Below, in pieces: positions 18,081 through 26,558 of a stretch of 64,000 nt of DNA. Made by a program: the position numbers and the translations under genes. The notes beneath the pieces are model-generated. The model did not search any database. It worked only from the letters and a program-made list of their open reading frames with translations, and was not told where the DNA came from. The stretch comes from a virus: the IMG/VR virus record IMGVR_UViG_3300045988_099661, positions 1,698 to 65,697 of that record, one strand, 5' to 3'. Within the stretch, counting starts at the first letter, position 1. The number at the start of each line of letters is the position of its first letter.

Positions 18081-19298
18081 TTATTTCTGGTTTTGCTTTA
18101 GGAAATCAGCCATCCATTGTACGCGTTCGCGTTGGCTGGCGTTACGCAAAGCTTGATAATCCGGGACGTATTTCTTCGTCATGGTTGCGCCGTCACCGGC
18201 TCGCTCGGTTACTGGAGGCCTAACTGCTCGCTTCGGAGTAGTAGACAGCTTATTTTTACGAGCGTAGTATTCCTTGCGGCTGCGCTCGTAATACATACGC
18301 AGTTTCACAGCCTGCGGCTCGGTAATAGTGCCTTTGTTAAGAGCATCAAAAATAGGAATAAGCTCAGACGCTTCTTTGTAAGGCAGCTCGTTGACGCGTT
18401 GCACCATAAACTTGTCAATAGCGTCGAAATTCGGCTCGGTTCGCTTTGCTTCATTTACGAACTCATTGATACCGCCGTATACCTCAGCTCGTTTCTGGCG
18501 AGCCGCGCTTTCTTCGGCATATTTATTTTGCAAAGTACGGACAATATCATCACGATGCCACTGCTTTGCCAGCTTATAGTTAATTACGCGCGGGTCGTCA
18601 TCATCCATAAGGCTGATATTCTCAAGCTCATCATTGCTCAAACCTGCATCTTGTGCGGCTCTCGCGCTGGCTTCCTGCTCCAGATTCATAAGGAACTGCT
18701 GCTGTTGCGCACGTTGCTGCTCCGGCGAAAGCTGCTGCTGCGCTAGAAGCTCTTGCTCTTGCTTCTTTTTGGCCTCAACCTGCGCATTGTACTGGGCTTG
18801 CGCCTGCTGGATTTTAATGCTTGCGACCTGCGCCTTATACTCGTCGGGCACACGACGCTCGTCGATGTTGCCTGCGCCGATAGCCGCGGTCAATTCTTCG
18901 AGCGAATACTTCTCGACAGGCTGCTGCATCTGCTCATAAGCTTGCTCTGCAATATTGGAAACAGTCTCTTCGCCTACATCTGGTTCACCAGTTTCACCTT
19001 CACTCGGCTCGTTGTCCGTTTCGTCAGTAGCAGAGTTGTCGTCTGGAACGAACTTCAAGGAGCGCTTGCCGTTAGAATCCTCTACAAGCTGATAGCGTCC
19101 AGTGTCGCCCTCAAAACGCATACCGCCCAAGTCGTTGCCGGATTCGCTGTCGCTGCTAGGCTCTCTGCTGGCTTCTACAGAGCTTTCTTCGCCTGCGCCA
19201 GTGTTTGTGCTAGCATCGTAAGTTTCGACGCTCTGAGAGTCCACAGGAGCCGCAGACGGGGCTTCGTTAGCAGTATTTGTTACGATACCTTCATCCAT
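18081..19298 (-). CDS. Scaffolding protein, 405 aa
   Basis: Acidic, disordered N-terminus and a Q/A/E-rich coiled coil (QQAQAQYNAQVEAKKKQEQELLAQQQLSPEQQRAQQQQ). Located between the portal and capsid genes. Confidence 0.7.
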   Translation of the reverse strand: MDEGIVTNTANEAPSAAPVDSQSVETYDASTNTGAGEESSVEASREPSSDSESGNDLGGMRFEGDTGRYQLVEDSNGKRSLKFVPDDNSATDETDNEPSEGETGEPDVGEETVSNIAEQAYEQMQQPVEKYSLEELTAAIGAGNIDERRVPDEYKAQVASIKIQQAQAQYNAQVEAKKKQEQELLAQQQLSPEQQRAQQQQFLMNLEQEASARAAQDAGLSNDELENISLMDDDDPRVINYKLAKQWHRDDIVRTLQNKYAEESAARQKRAEVYGGINEFVNEAKRTEPNFDAIDKFMVQRVNELPYKEASELIPIFDALNKGTITEPQAVKLRMYYERSRKEYYARKNKLSTTPKRAVRPPVTERAGDGATMTKKYVPDYQALRNASQRERVQWMADFLKQNQK

Positions 19299-19318
19299 GG
19301 TTTTTACCTCCTAAAAAA

Positions 19319-19606
19319 TTAGCTCTGGCCTGTAATTTCGGTCAGAGCTTTGTCTTTTTGCTTACCCATGTAGGCAGCATGTTCGAGCATTTCTACCAAC
19401 CGGCAGACCGCTCTATAATCACTGCGCTGCTGCTCAATATCGCCGCCAGAACGTGCTGCTTCCAGCATCTTTGCATCGGCCTCTTTCTTCATCGCAAACG
19501 CATATTTATAAACCGCCTCAGCGTCCTGCCCGTCAACAACAATCTGTTGCAGGACAGTAATGCGAGAAGCGATATTACGGATTTGTCTTTCGTTTCGTTT
19601 AATCAT
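19319..19606 (-). CDS. Hypothetical protein, 95 aa
   Basis: ORF between the portal and scaffold genes. Confidence 0.55.
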   Translation of the reverse strand: MIKRNERQIRNIASRITVLQQIVVDGQDAEAVYKYAFAMKKEADAKMLEAARSGGDIEQQRSDYRAVCRLVEMLEHAAYMGKQKDKALTEITGQS

Positions 19607-21839
19607 TTTTTATAAGCACCTCGTGTTCAGCAATCGCTCTCTCGGTAGTGTCAATACCCAGCTTCTCTTTGAGATATTCACGCTGCGCATCTGGCGGCAG
19701 GTTTTCAAGGCTGAGGTTAACGCGCGGAACAGAAGATTTAGCAATAGCAAGCTGCAAGCTGTTTTGCAGAGCTTCGGCCTGTGCCTGTGCTGCTGCCTGC
19801 TGTGCGGCCATAGCCTGTTGTTGCGCTTCCGGAGATTCTGGGTCAAGCAGATATTGAGAAACATCACGCAAGCCGAGCGCTTCGAGCAGTTTCACGACGA
19901 GGTTGTACCAGCTCTTTGCGTTGACGATGCCTTGGGAGGCAAGCTGCGGATAAATCTGGTTCAAGACAAGCATCAAATACTGAATCTGCGCTTCCCTTGT
20001 GCCTGCACCCTGCCCGACATTAACAATTAAATCATAGTCAATGTCCAAATCTTCCTTGCGAATAGAGAGAGTTTTGTTAGTCAATCGAATCATCTGCTCA
20101 TCTTCCAGATATTTCTGGTTCAGCAGAATGACAAACTTATAAATCGGGATGAAGAAACGTTCTGCGATAGAACGTGCAACCATCTTGTTGCGCTTCTCTG
20201 CCATCCCGAGGATTGAAGTAATGCCCGTCGCCGTTTGGTTTAGCGAGTTAGAATCAAGTCCTTGATTGTATCTTGTACTACCAGACTGACTTTCAATTTC
20301 ATTCTGCGCATAGTTGATAACGTCCATCGTCAGACCTGCAAGCGGCAAGCTCGGCGGCGTAAGCACAGCAGTTCCGGGGTCGCCCTGCGTCGGAATAATC
20401 TCATCACCTTCCAGCAGCGCATCCATATCCACCATACGCTCGTTGACGAAGACGCGAGGAGCATTGTTCTTTGCTACATTCGTGATAATCTGGCGCATCA
20501 CAGCAGTCTTCAAATCCTGTTGTTGCTCCAGCATGTCAGTAGAGCTGTCGCGATTGAATACGGCATTCGGGTCGTATTCCGCAGAGCAAATAAAGAACGG
20601 TGGGAAGCCATAATCGTTCTCGGAAATGCGGATTGGCTCATCTCCCACAGCGTGAACAATGACGTTTTCGTAGATGCCATCGTTGTTCCAGTCAACCTGC
20701 AAATATGCCTCGTAAAGCTCTACTTCTTTCGACGCGTTATCTTCGTCGCTCGGTCGCTTGAAGCTGTCCGCCCTGTCAACGTCATTAGAGCGGTCAAGCA
20801 TCGTGGAGCTGGTATCACCGGGGTCGTATTCTTCCAGTGCTTTGTCGATATTTTTATAAACGCCGTCCATTTCGCGCTGTTTCAGATAGCTGCCGCGCAC
20901 AATCTTACGGTGCGCAACAAACTTGCAGTCCTGCAAATTCGGAGCATCTGGCGTATAGCGCAGTTCGCTCGACGGCACATACTCAATAACAGGATGATTT
21001 GCAGTAACCTTGACTTCTTCGTAGGTACACTTCACAAAGTCATCCACGTCGTCCAGCTCGGTAAATTCTAAATTTTGGATTTTGCCTGTACCTGTGCCTT
21101 CCATCAGAGCTATAATCTGTTCCCAGTCTTGCAAACCTAGCAGAAACTCCATCTTTACGCGCTTTTCTTCGTGCTTCCACCAGACCTTCGCTACCGCGAA
21201 GTTCTCGCTTAACGCGCAGCGCAATGCAGCTTGGCAGAAGTGATACCAGTCATTCTTTTTTTCAAGCTGGTAGCGTACAAGCTCCTGCACCTTAGAAGCA
21301 ACTTCATCATCATCGACGTTTACGCCTTTGACAGAAAGCGGAGCATCTGCGCCGCAGAAAGCCTCCATCATGCCGGTCAGAATCCAGTTGCAGGAAGTCT
21401 TTACGTCCTTGGAAACCCAGCGAGAGGTCTGGGATAAGATAGGGAATTTCTTGTCATAATACTCTGCCGTGCCTTGATAAACATCACGGCGATGCAGGAT
21501 TCGCGGTTCCACGACCTCGGTATATTGCGTGTTAGCGATATTACGGCACTCTCGGAAAGACTTCATAATCTTTTCTTTCTGCGCCTCGGTAATACTATCC
21601 AGCGAAAGCGGCTCTTGGCTCGGCGTGCTGGACATTTTGAGCATCTCCAGAGGGTCTTGCGCACCCATAGCTGCCTGCGGATTCGGCATACCGGTTTGTG
21701 GCTGCTGCGGAAGCGCTCCGCCTGTCATGGTGCCAACCGCAGCCTTATTCATGCCAAAGTCCGGGTTAGTCGCCTGCCACGAGGAACGGTGAACCTCGCT
21801 GTCCGCAGCCTGCGCCAGCTTATCATTTAAATCAGCCAT
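19599..21839 (-). CDS. Portal protein, 746 aa
   Basis: Large ORF downstream of terL and upstream of scaffold/capsid. The C-terminal part is a Q/A-rich helix. Confidence 0.8.
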   Translation of the reverse strand: MADLNDKLAQAADSEVHRSSWQATNPDFGMNKAAVGTMTGGALPQQPQTGMPNPQAAMGAQDPLEMLKMSSTPSQEPLSLDSITEAQKEKIMKSFRECRNIANTQYTEVVEPRILHRRDVYQGTAEYYDKKFPILSQTSRWVSKDVKTSCNWILTGMMEAFCGADAPLSVKGVNVDDDEVASKVQELVRYQLEKKNDWYHFCQAALRCALSENFAVAKVWWKHEEKRVKMEFLLGLQDWEQIIALMEGTGTGKIQNLEFTELDDVDDFVKCTYEEVKVTANHPVIEYVPSSELRYTPDAPNLQDCKFVAHRKIVRGSYLKQREMDGVYKNIDKALEEYDPGDTSSTMLDRSNDVDRADSFKRPSDEDNASKEVELYEAYLQVDWNNDGIYENVIVHAVGDEPIRISENDYGFPPFFICSAEYDPNAVFNRDSSTDMLEQQQDLKTAVMRQIITNVAKNNAPRVFVNERMVDMDALLEGDEIIPTQGDPGTAVLTPPSLPLAGLTMDVINYAQNEIESQSGSTRYNQGLDSNSLNQTATGITSILGMAEKRNKMVARSIAERFFIPIYKFVILLNQKYLEDEQMIRLTNKTLSIRKEDLDIDYDLIVNVGQGAGTREAQIQYLMLVLNQIYPQLASQGIVNAKSWYNLVVKLLEALGLRDVSQYLLDPESPEAQQQAMAAQQAAAQAQAEALQNSLQLAIAKSSVPRVNLSLENLPPDAQREYLKEKLGIDTTERAIAEHEVLIKND

Positions 21840-21853
21840 GCAACATCACCGCC

Positions 21854-22135
21854 TTAGAAAAATTCCGTCAGCACGCAGTCGCCGCCAATAACGTATAAGT
21901 TATCAACGTTTGTCGTTGTCACCGGCAAAATAGTAGTCTTGCCAGCAGGAACAGCCATGCCCGTGGCCGCAGTAACGTCCTTGCCGCCGATATACACGGT
22001 GCTCTCGCCAGCCGTAATAGCGATTCCGTGGCGGCCTGTACGCTGCAATGCAGCGACCTCCGGACTTGCTGCCACAACAGCCTTTGTTGCCGACAGCTTC
22101 GTTGTCTTAATATCATCTACTGGATATAAAAGCAT
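21854..22135 (-). CDS. Hypothetical protein, 93 aa
   Basis: ORF between the DUF4406-like gene and the portal gene. Confidence 0.5.
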   Translation of the reverse strand: MLLYPVDDIKTTKLSATKAVVAASPEVAALQRTGRHGIAITAGESTVYIGGKDVTAATGMAVPAGKTTILPVTTTNVDNLYVIGGDCVLTEFF

Positions 22136-22138
22136 TGT

Positions 22139-22450
22139 TTATACCTCCGGATATTCGTCAATAATTTGAATGCCATACGCCACTGCACATTCACGTTCGA
22201 TTTTGCAACCACGAGCCTCGTCCCAGTCTGCTGTAAAGTAAGCAACATCAGCATCAGCCAACATTCGGATAGATTCAGCCATATACTTTAAAGGATGCGT
22301 ACCTTCTTCAAAATCAAAGAAAGTTTTCAGCATCTCAAATTCTTCGTTTGGGAATTTCTCTTTCATTAACTTGATTGCTTCTTTTCTTACTTCTACAATT
22401 TCTTCAAAAGTTTTCCCATTCATAGGGCAAGAAACGAATAGCTTTTTCAT
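22139..22450 (-). CDS. DUF4406 / nucleoside 2-deoxyribosyltransferase-like protein, about 103 aa
   Basis: MKKLFVSCPMNGK...ADVAYFTADWDEARGCKIERECAVAYGIQII matches the DUF4406 pattern. The start is moved to the ATG at 22450, which has GGAGGT 6 nt upstream. Confidence 0.5.
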   Translation of the reverse strand: MKKLFVSCPMNGKTFEEIVEVRKEAIKLMKEKFPNEEFEMLKTFFDFEEGTHPLKYMAESIRMLADADVAYFTADWDEARGCKIERECAVAYGIQIIDEYPEV

Positions 22451-22463
22451 GTTTGTACCTCCA

Positions 22464-23810
22464 TCACATCTTGCCATATTTACGCGTCAAACCAAGCTTC
22501 TTAGCACGCATAAAGGCATTTCGTCTCGTATTATTAACAGGAAAAGCAAAGGTCAGACACAATGCGTCCGCCAAGTCGGGTGAATAGCCTGTCTTATCCT
22601 TGATGCTCTCCTTCGATTCAAGCTTGATACGGTTTAAGCCGTCAAAACTGTACTCCGGCATCGAAAGCTCCTGTCTCAGCTCCGGCATGTACGGCAAATC
22701 GCCGCCCTGTTCGAGCCATTGTCGGCAGCTATCCCACATCTCTGCACGCTTATTGACGTAGCGAGTGTCTAGGATAGCCTTGCCGCCAAACGGAACCTCA
22801 ATGACCTGCTTATAGCCTAATTGCCGCAGGCGGTCAATAACACCTTCGCCACGGCCTGCATCAATGAACACAACGTCTGGCATCCAGTCGTCAATCTCTT
22901 GCGCTAACATACCGGCAAAAGTCATGTTGTCGACCTCTTTTCTTGTCTTTGGCTCCCAGACCTTTAGTCCCTGTCTGCGTATCATTACACTGCGGTCATC
23001 ACCGAAACGCGCAACGTCCACGCCCAGAATCTTCGGCAAGTCTTTATACTCAGCCTCAGACAGCTCCCTGCTCATTGCCTCGTTGATGGAATCGAGAGAA
23101 ATAAGCTTGTTGGAAGCATTTGCAGCAAAGTCGCAGTAAAGCTCTTGTCGAATCTCGGCAGGAGTCATCTCACGCTTCATCTCTTCCAGCTCTTCCGCCG
23201 GAATGATGCCAGTCTGGTCAACATCATACAAGCATGTGAACCAAGAATTATTCTTCTTCGCCTTCAAGTAAATGTCGTAGAACTGGTTCTGGCCTTTAGG
23301 AGTACCAATAAAAACAGCCCATCCACGACGGTCTGACAAGGCAGGTCTGATAACCTCACCCCACAGCTCCTTACGTATCTGGGCATATTCATCTATTACT
23401 ACACCGTCCCAGTACGTACCACGAAGGCCGTCTGGACGGTCAGCACCGATAATGTAAATTCTTGCGCCACGCACATTCGGGTGAAAGCTCGGCAGCTCTA
23501 CATAAAGCTCACTCTCGTTAATCTTGCGTCCCGGTATCGCCGCAGTATATCGCTTGAGATAATCCCACGCAATCATCTTGGCCTGCTTCAAGAACGGAGC
23601 AAGATAAGCATAGTTAGGAGCTTCGTATTTCGTCATGGTGACAGCTTTCTTGACGATGTGATTAATGCTGCCAACCGACTTGCCAAAACGTCTGTGAGCA
23701 ACGATTACAGAGAACCTGTACTGTTCTAGAGCTGGATGCAGTATATCTCTCCAGAATGGTCTTGGCACATAGTCTATCTCGATTACATTACTCGCTATTG
23801 CCATTGTCAT
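22464..23810 (-). CDS. terL: Terminase large subunit
   Basis: Walker A-like AHRRFGKS and Walker B VVIDEYAQ. Nuclease motifs GVDVARFGDD, FIDAGRGEG and SPDLADAL. Confidence 0.95.
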   Translation of the reverse strand: MTMAIASNVIEIDYVPRPFWRDILHPALEQYRFSVIVAHRRFGKSVGSINHIVKKAVTMTKYEAPNYAYLAPFLKQAKMIAWDYLKRYTAAIPGRKINESELYVELPSFHPNVRGARIYIIGADRPDGLRGTYWDGVVIDEYAQIRKELWGEVIRPALSDRRGWAVFIGTPKGQNQFYDIYLKAKKNNSWFTCLYDVDQTGIIPAEELEEMKREMTPAEIRQELYCDFAANASNKLISLDSINEAMSRELSEAEYKDLPKILGVDVARFGDDRSVMIRRQGLKVWEPKTRKEVDNMTFAGMLAQEIDDWMPDVVFIDAGRGEGVIDRLRQLGYKQVIEVPFGGKAILDTRYVNKRAEMWDSCRQWLEQGGDLPYMPELRQELSMPEYSFDGLNRIKLESKESIKDKTGYSPDLADALCLTFAFPVNNTRRNAFMRAKKLGLTRKYGKM

Positions 23811-24369
23811 CCTCCTCTACGAAGGAGAAACCAGCAGGCATCTCAATCTTATAACCGCTAGGCTGCGCAGCAGGCTCTTCCACGACCTCAGCAGGCTTCT
23901 CAGCAAGCTCTTTTGGCAGCTCGCTCTCCGTTGCGCTCGTGTTGATGGTATCACCCTTCCACGCAAACGCAATCGGCATACCGTTGTCGGCCGTGAGCTG
24001 CTTAGTACTCTTTTCCTCCCAGCCAGCATTGTTCTTCAAAGACAAAGCAATACCGGCAGGAGCTTTGGAATAAACCAGCTTGCCCTCAAGATAATCCTCA
24101 AGTCTTAAGCATCCGTCTGCTACGACAGCGCCGAAAGCTTCATCACGCTTATCAGCATACTCCAGCATCTGTCTACGCGTCTGGAACCCCAGATACCTTG
24201 CAAGACCGCTATATGTCGGCACCTTGAACTCCTTGATTTTCTCATTCCCGTCTCGGTCATAAGTGATTCTCAAGCAGTAATCAAAATACTCATCAATCTT
24301 TCGTTTCATGCTGTCCGGAGTGGGATATAACGCCGTTACATGCCCTCCAGCACAAAAAATATCACTCAT
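23788..24369 (-). CDS. terS: Terminase small subunit
   Basis: Contains PTYSGLARYLGFQTRRQMLEY, an HTH typical of small terminases. It overlaps the terL start by 23 nt. Confidence 0.75.
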   Translation of the reverse strand: MSDIFCAGGHVTALYPTPDSMKRKIDEYFDYCLRITYDRDGNEKIKEFKVPTYSGLARYLGFQTRRQMLEYADKRDEAFGAVVADGCLRLEDYLEGKLVYSKAPAGIALSLKNNAGWEEKSTKQLTADNGMPIAFAWKGDTINTSATESELPKELAEKPAEVVEEPAAQPSGYKIEMPAGFSFVEEDDNGNSE

Positions 24370-24466
24370 AGGCTTCCTCCTCCCTCCGTGTATAAATTAA
24401 AAGCCCTACGCCTAGCATACGGAGGTTGATATGCTAACCCTGACGGCATAGAGCTTTTAAAGCAAT

Positions 24467-24494
24467 AAAAAAGCACTGCAATTTCTTACAGTGC
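24467..24494 (-). terminator. Intrinsic terminator-like hairpin about 100 nt upstream of terS (possible antitermination target)
   Basis: On the minus strand GCACTG-N10-CAGTGC is followed by TTTTTT. A second minus-strand-specific hairpin at 24405-24458 needs G-U pairs that exist only in the minus-strand RNA. Confidence 0.55.
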
Positions 24495-24525
24495 AAAATA
24501 AACTTGTGTATGACCACCTCTAAGT

Positions 24526-24824
24526 CTAGGTACTTAAAAATTAGGGGTACCCGGTATAGGGGGGTATGTTTTATAGGGTAAATAGTTAGTGTGGTGTGTA
24601 GTATTGTTAATGCACTAGCACCTTGATATATATATCTAAGCTTTATTTTTAAGCTGACTAGATATAGGGTGTTGGATAAAGGCGACTCTAGGCTAGGTAC
24701 TTACACCAGGCAGGGTGGGGTATGGGTATACCCCTAAAATATAGGGTAAAATCTACGTCCGATAATACATCTTATGTTAAATTATGCCCTATTACCCTTG
24801 TTTTAGAGGGTATAACACCCTATA
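24526..24824. repeat. Cluster of TATAGGGT(A) boxes, a GGGTATACCC palindrome and CTAGGTACTTA direct repeats
   Basis: TATAGGG(T) boxes start at 24555, 24572, 24663 and 24740, with an inverted copy at 24816-24824. The palindrome is at 24724-24733. CTAGGTACTTA occurs at 24526 and 24693. No ORF >=60 aa lies in this stretch. Confidence 0.6.
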
Positions 24825-25024
24825 AAGCTATAAGAATATACCATTATAGCTATGATTGATATACCTATTAGCCTTTACTCAATCAACATTACCATAATCT
24901 ACATTACTCATATCGTTGCTTACATAATAATGATGTAAGCAACTTCTAACCATTACCATTTATAATGATACGGTTCTTTAAAGCCCTGCTTATCACTGTT
25001 ACCATTATACCACAACTTTGCACC

Positions 25025-25054
25025 TGCTTATCGTGCGGATAAGCAAAATTTTTT
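25025..25054 (+). terminator. Plus-strand terminator-like hairpin inside the ORF-free region
   Basis: TGCTTATC-GTGCG-GATAAGCA is followed by AAATTTTTT. A second TGCTTATC copy lies at 24986. Confidence 0.4.
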
Positions 25055-25098
25055 CGTTTTTCGTAGCTATCCGAAAAAATACAAATGTTGGAATATTC

Positions 25099-25106
25099 TG
25101 TATAAT
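25099..25106 (+). promoter_or_regulatory. Candidate extended -10 (TGTATAAT) for the plus-strand island
   Basis: TG lies immediately 5' of TATAAT. No good -35 is present. Confidence 0.3.
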
Positions 25107-25121
25107 ATAGTCAAGGAACCG

Positions 25122-25190
25122 CCCCGAATCCTAGAAAGGGCGAATCCCCGAAATTCCCCGAACCCTAGGACGGGAATTTCCGAACCCCAA
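25122..25190 (+). repeat. CCCCGAA / CCGAA short direct repeats in the island leader
   Basis: CCCCGAA occurs at 25122, 25146 and 25156. A TCCGAACCCC variant is at 25179-25188, and CCTAG(A/G)A elements are interspersed. Confidence 0.5.
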
Positions 25191-25606
25191 AAGAACCTTA
25201 AAAATTACATAGCAGGGCAAATTGAGTGCCTGAAAACTCAATCAGCTTTTTAGCACGCTTACCGTGTTAAGAGCCAGAGATGTACCGCACTACCTGGTTA
25301 ACGCTTGCAATTGCGTGAGTGGCGCCGGGATAGGGACAGAAGCGAGTACCTGCCGTAATGACGGCACGACGGATAGTATTTCGGAAATAGGGTAAATCCT
25401 ATTCCGCCTAGCAGGGAAAGTCACGTAGTTGAAATCATCAAGGGAGAAGGGTACGTTGACGGAAATCAATATTGTAGTGTGCCGTGATAAAAGCTGACAT
25501 GCAAATACATTTTCCACCACCTTTTGGAATGGGTGGGGAACAAAACGCTTGCCTACTGGCTTGTTTACGCAAGTTTATAGGCTGGCAGGCAGGCACGACG
25601 TTCCCT

Positions 25607-25625
25607 CCACCTTTAAACGCCCGAC
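25607..25625. repeat. Left arm of a perfect 19-bp inverted repeat (CCACCTTTAAACGCCCGAC)
   Basis: Exact reverse complement of 25918-25936. It contains an anti-SD CCACCTTT. Confidence 0.9.
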
Positions 25626-25651
25626 TTCATTATTTGAAGTAGGTGATTTTA

Positions 25652-25911
25652 TGAAAAGATGGACACAAGCTGACGAATACAAGTGGCGCTGCGAGCAGGC
25701 AGATTTGAGAAAAGGCGAAACTAAACGCCTGGACTCTAAAAAAGGCTATTACCGTGCCGAAAAGGGAAAAGCGGTAAAGCCCAAAGAGGAAAGCAAAGGC
25801 GTTGTACTTATCCGCAAGTACTATCGTTCCTCCATAACTACAGAATTTTCGCCTAGCGAAAAGACTGGCACGCTAACAGATAGAGAGTTCTTTAAAGCTC
25901 TCTACGCATAA
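25652..25911 (+). CDS. Small basic hypothetical protein, 86 aa
   Basis: The ATG at 25652 has AGGTGA 6 nt upstream. The track's longer version starts at a TTG inside the structured leader. Confidence 0.55.
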
Positions 25912-25917
25912 CAATTT

Positions 25918-25936
25918 GTCGGGCGTTTAAAGGTGG
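25918..25936. repeat. Right arm of the 19-bp inverted repeat (GTCGGGCGTTTAAAGGTGG)
   Basis: Exact reverse complement of 25607-25625. It contains the island's SD motif AAAGGTGG. Confidence 0.9.
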
Positions 25937-25971
25937 ATATACCCCAATGTTAAGAAAAGGCAGGTAGCAAA

Positions 25972-26199
25972 ATGGTAAAGAAAAGGTTGAAATTGAAGAG
26001 CGGGCTGGTGCTGGAAACACACTTGCACGGCTCCGCCGTGACACACGCTTACTTCATCGGTAGCAAACAACTTACACGCTTTGAACAAATAAGCGTGGTA
26101 AAGTTAGCAGAAAAGCACCGCTTACCAATCGCGCAATTCGCGCACTATGTCGGCTTTGACTTATCAAGTCGAAGCGTCTGCGCCAAATTGCTAATTTGA
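25972..26199 (+). CDS. Hypothetical protein, 75 aa
   Basis: ORF followed by a cassette-type stem-loop. Confidence 0.5.
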   Translation: MVKKRLKLKSGLVLETHLHGSAVTHAYFIGSKQLTRFEQISVVKLAEKHRLPIAQFAHYVGFDLSSRSVCAKLLI

Positions 26200-26288
26200 G
26201 CGCCTACGCAAGACGCCACCCGTTGACGTCTTGCCATGGTAGCTTAACAAAGTTGCCTAAAATTTTCAAAAAAAGGTGGTAAATGATT

Positions 26289-26426
26289 ATGGGAATTAAA
26301 AGCAAGCGTTACCGTGACGCAAAAATACAGGCGTTATGGGAACGCAACGTGAAGCAAGATGAAGATTGCATGGAAATCTTAACCATGCTTGCGCTTCTTG
26401 CCGTTCTCTTCATGGCGACGTTTTGA
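26289..26426 (+). CDS. Small hydrophobic-tailed peptide, 45 aa (not in the track)
   Basis: A conserved leader AAAGGTGGTAAATGATTATG precedes it. The C-terminus is LTMLALLAVLFMATF, and a stem-loop follows the stop. Confidence 0.4.
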   Translation: MGIKSKRYRDAKIQALWERNVKQDEDCMEILTMLALLAVLFMATF

Positions 26427-26558
26427 CGCTATGGCAAGCGTCCGACACAGTTCGGGCGTTTGTAGAGTGTGTCAAAAGACTACTCTACCGCTGTAAATGG
26501 TAGTATACGGCGGTATTACCCAACTATCAACCGACTAATCAAAAGGTGGAATTGTACT

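Noticed and set aside
17457-21830. Plus-strand ORFs antisense to the capsid, scaffold and portal genes (for example 18117-18746, 18753-19322, 20262-21071). The same pattern occurs across 57.5-63.6 kb.
   Set aside because: They lie entirely within long, well-supported minus-strand genes. There are no SDs, and the composition is typical of shadow ORFs.
25290-25520. A 76-aa minus-strand ORF inside the ORF-free region
   Set aside because: It starts at a GTG inside a hairpin-rich segment, has no convincing SD spacing, and has odd composition. It overlaps predicted RNA hairpins. I kept it only as a hint of a past inversion, because a degenerate island-type leader precedes it.
25110-25650. A known riboswitch or T-box leader upstream of the island
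   Set aside because: I could not find the conserved cores I know, for example the T-box AGGGTGGTACCGCG or the SAM, TPP, FMN or purine motifs. GGGTGGGGAAC at about 25532 is only a superficial resemblance. The region stays an unclassified structured leader.
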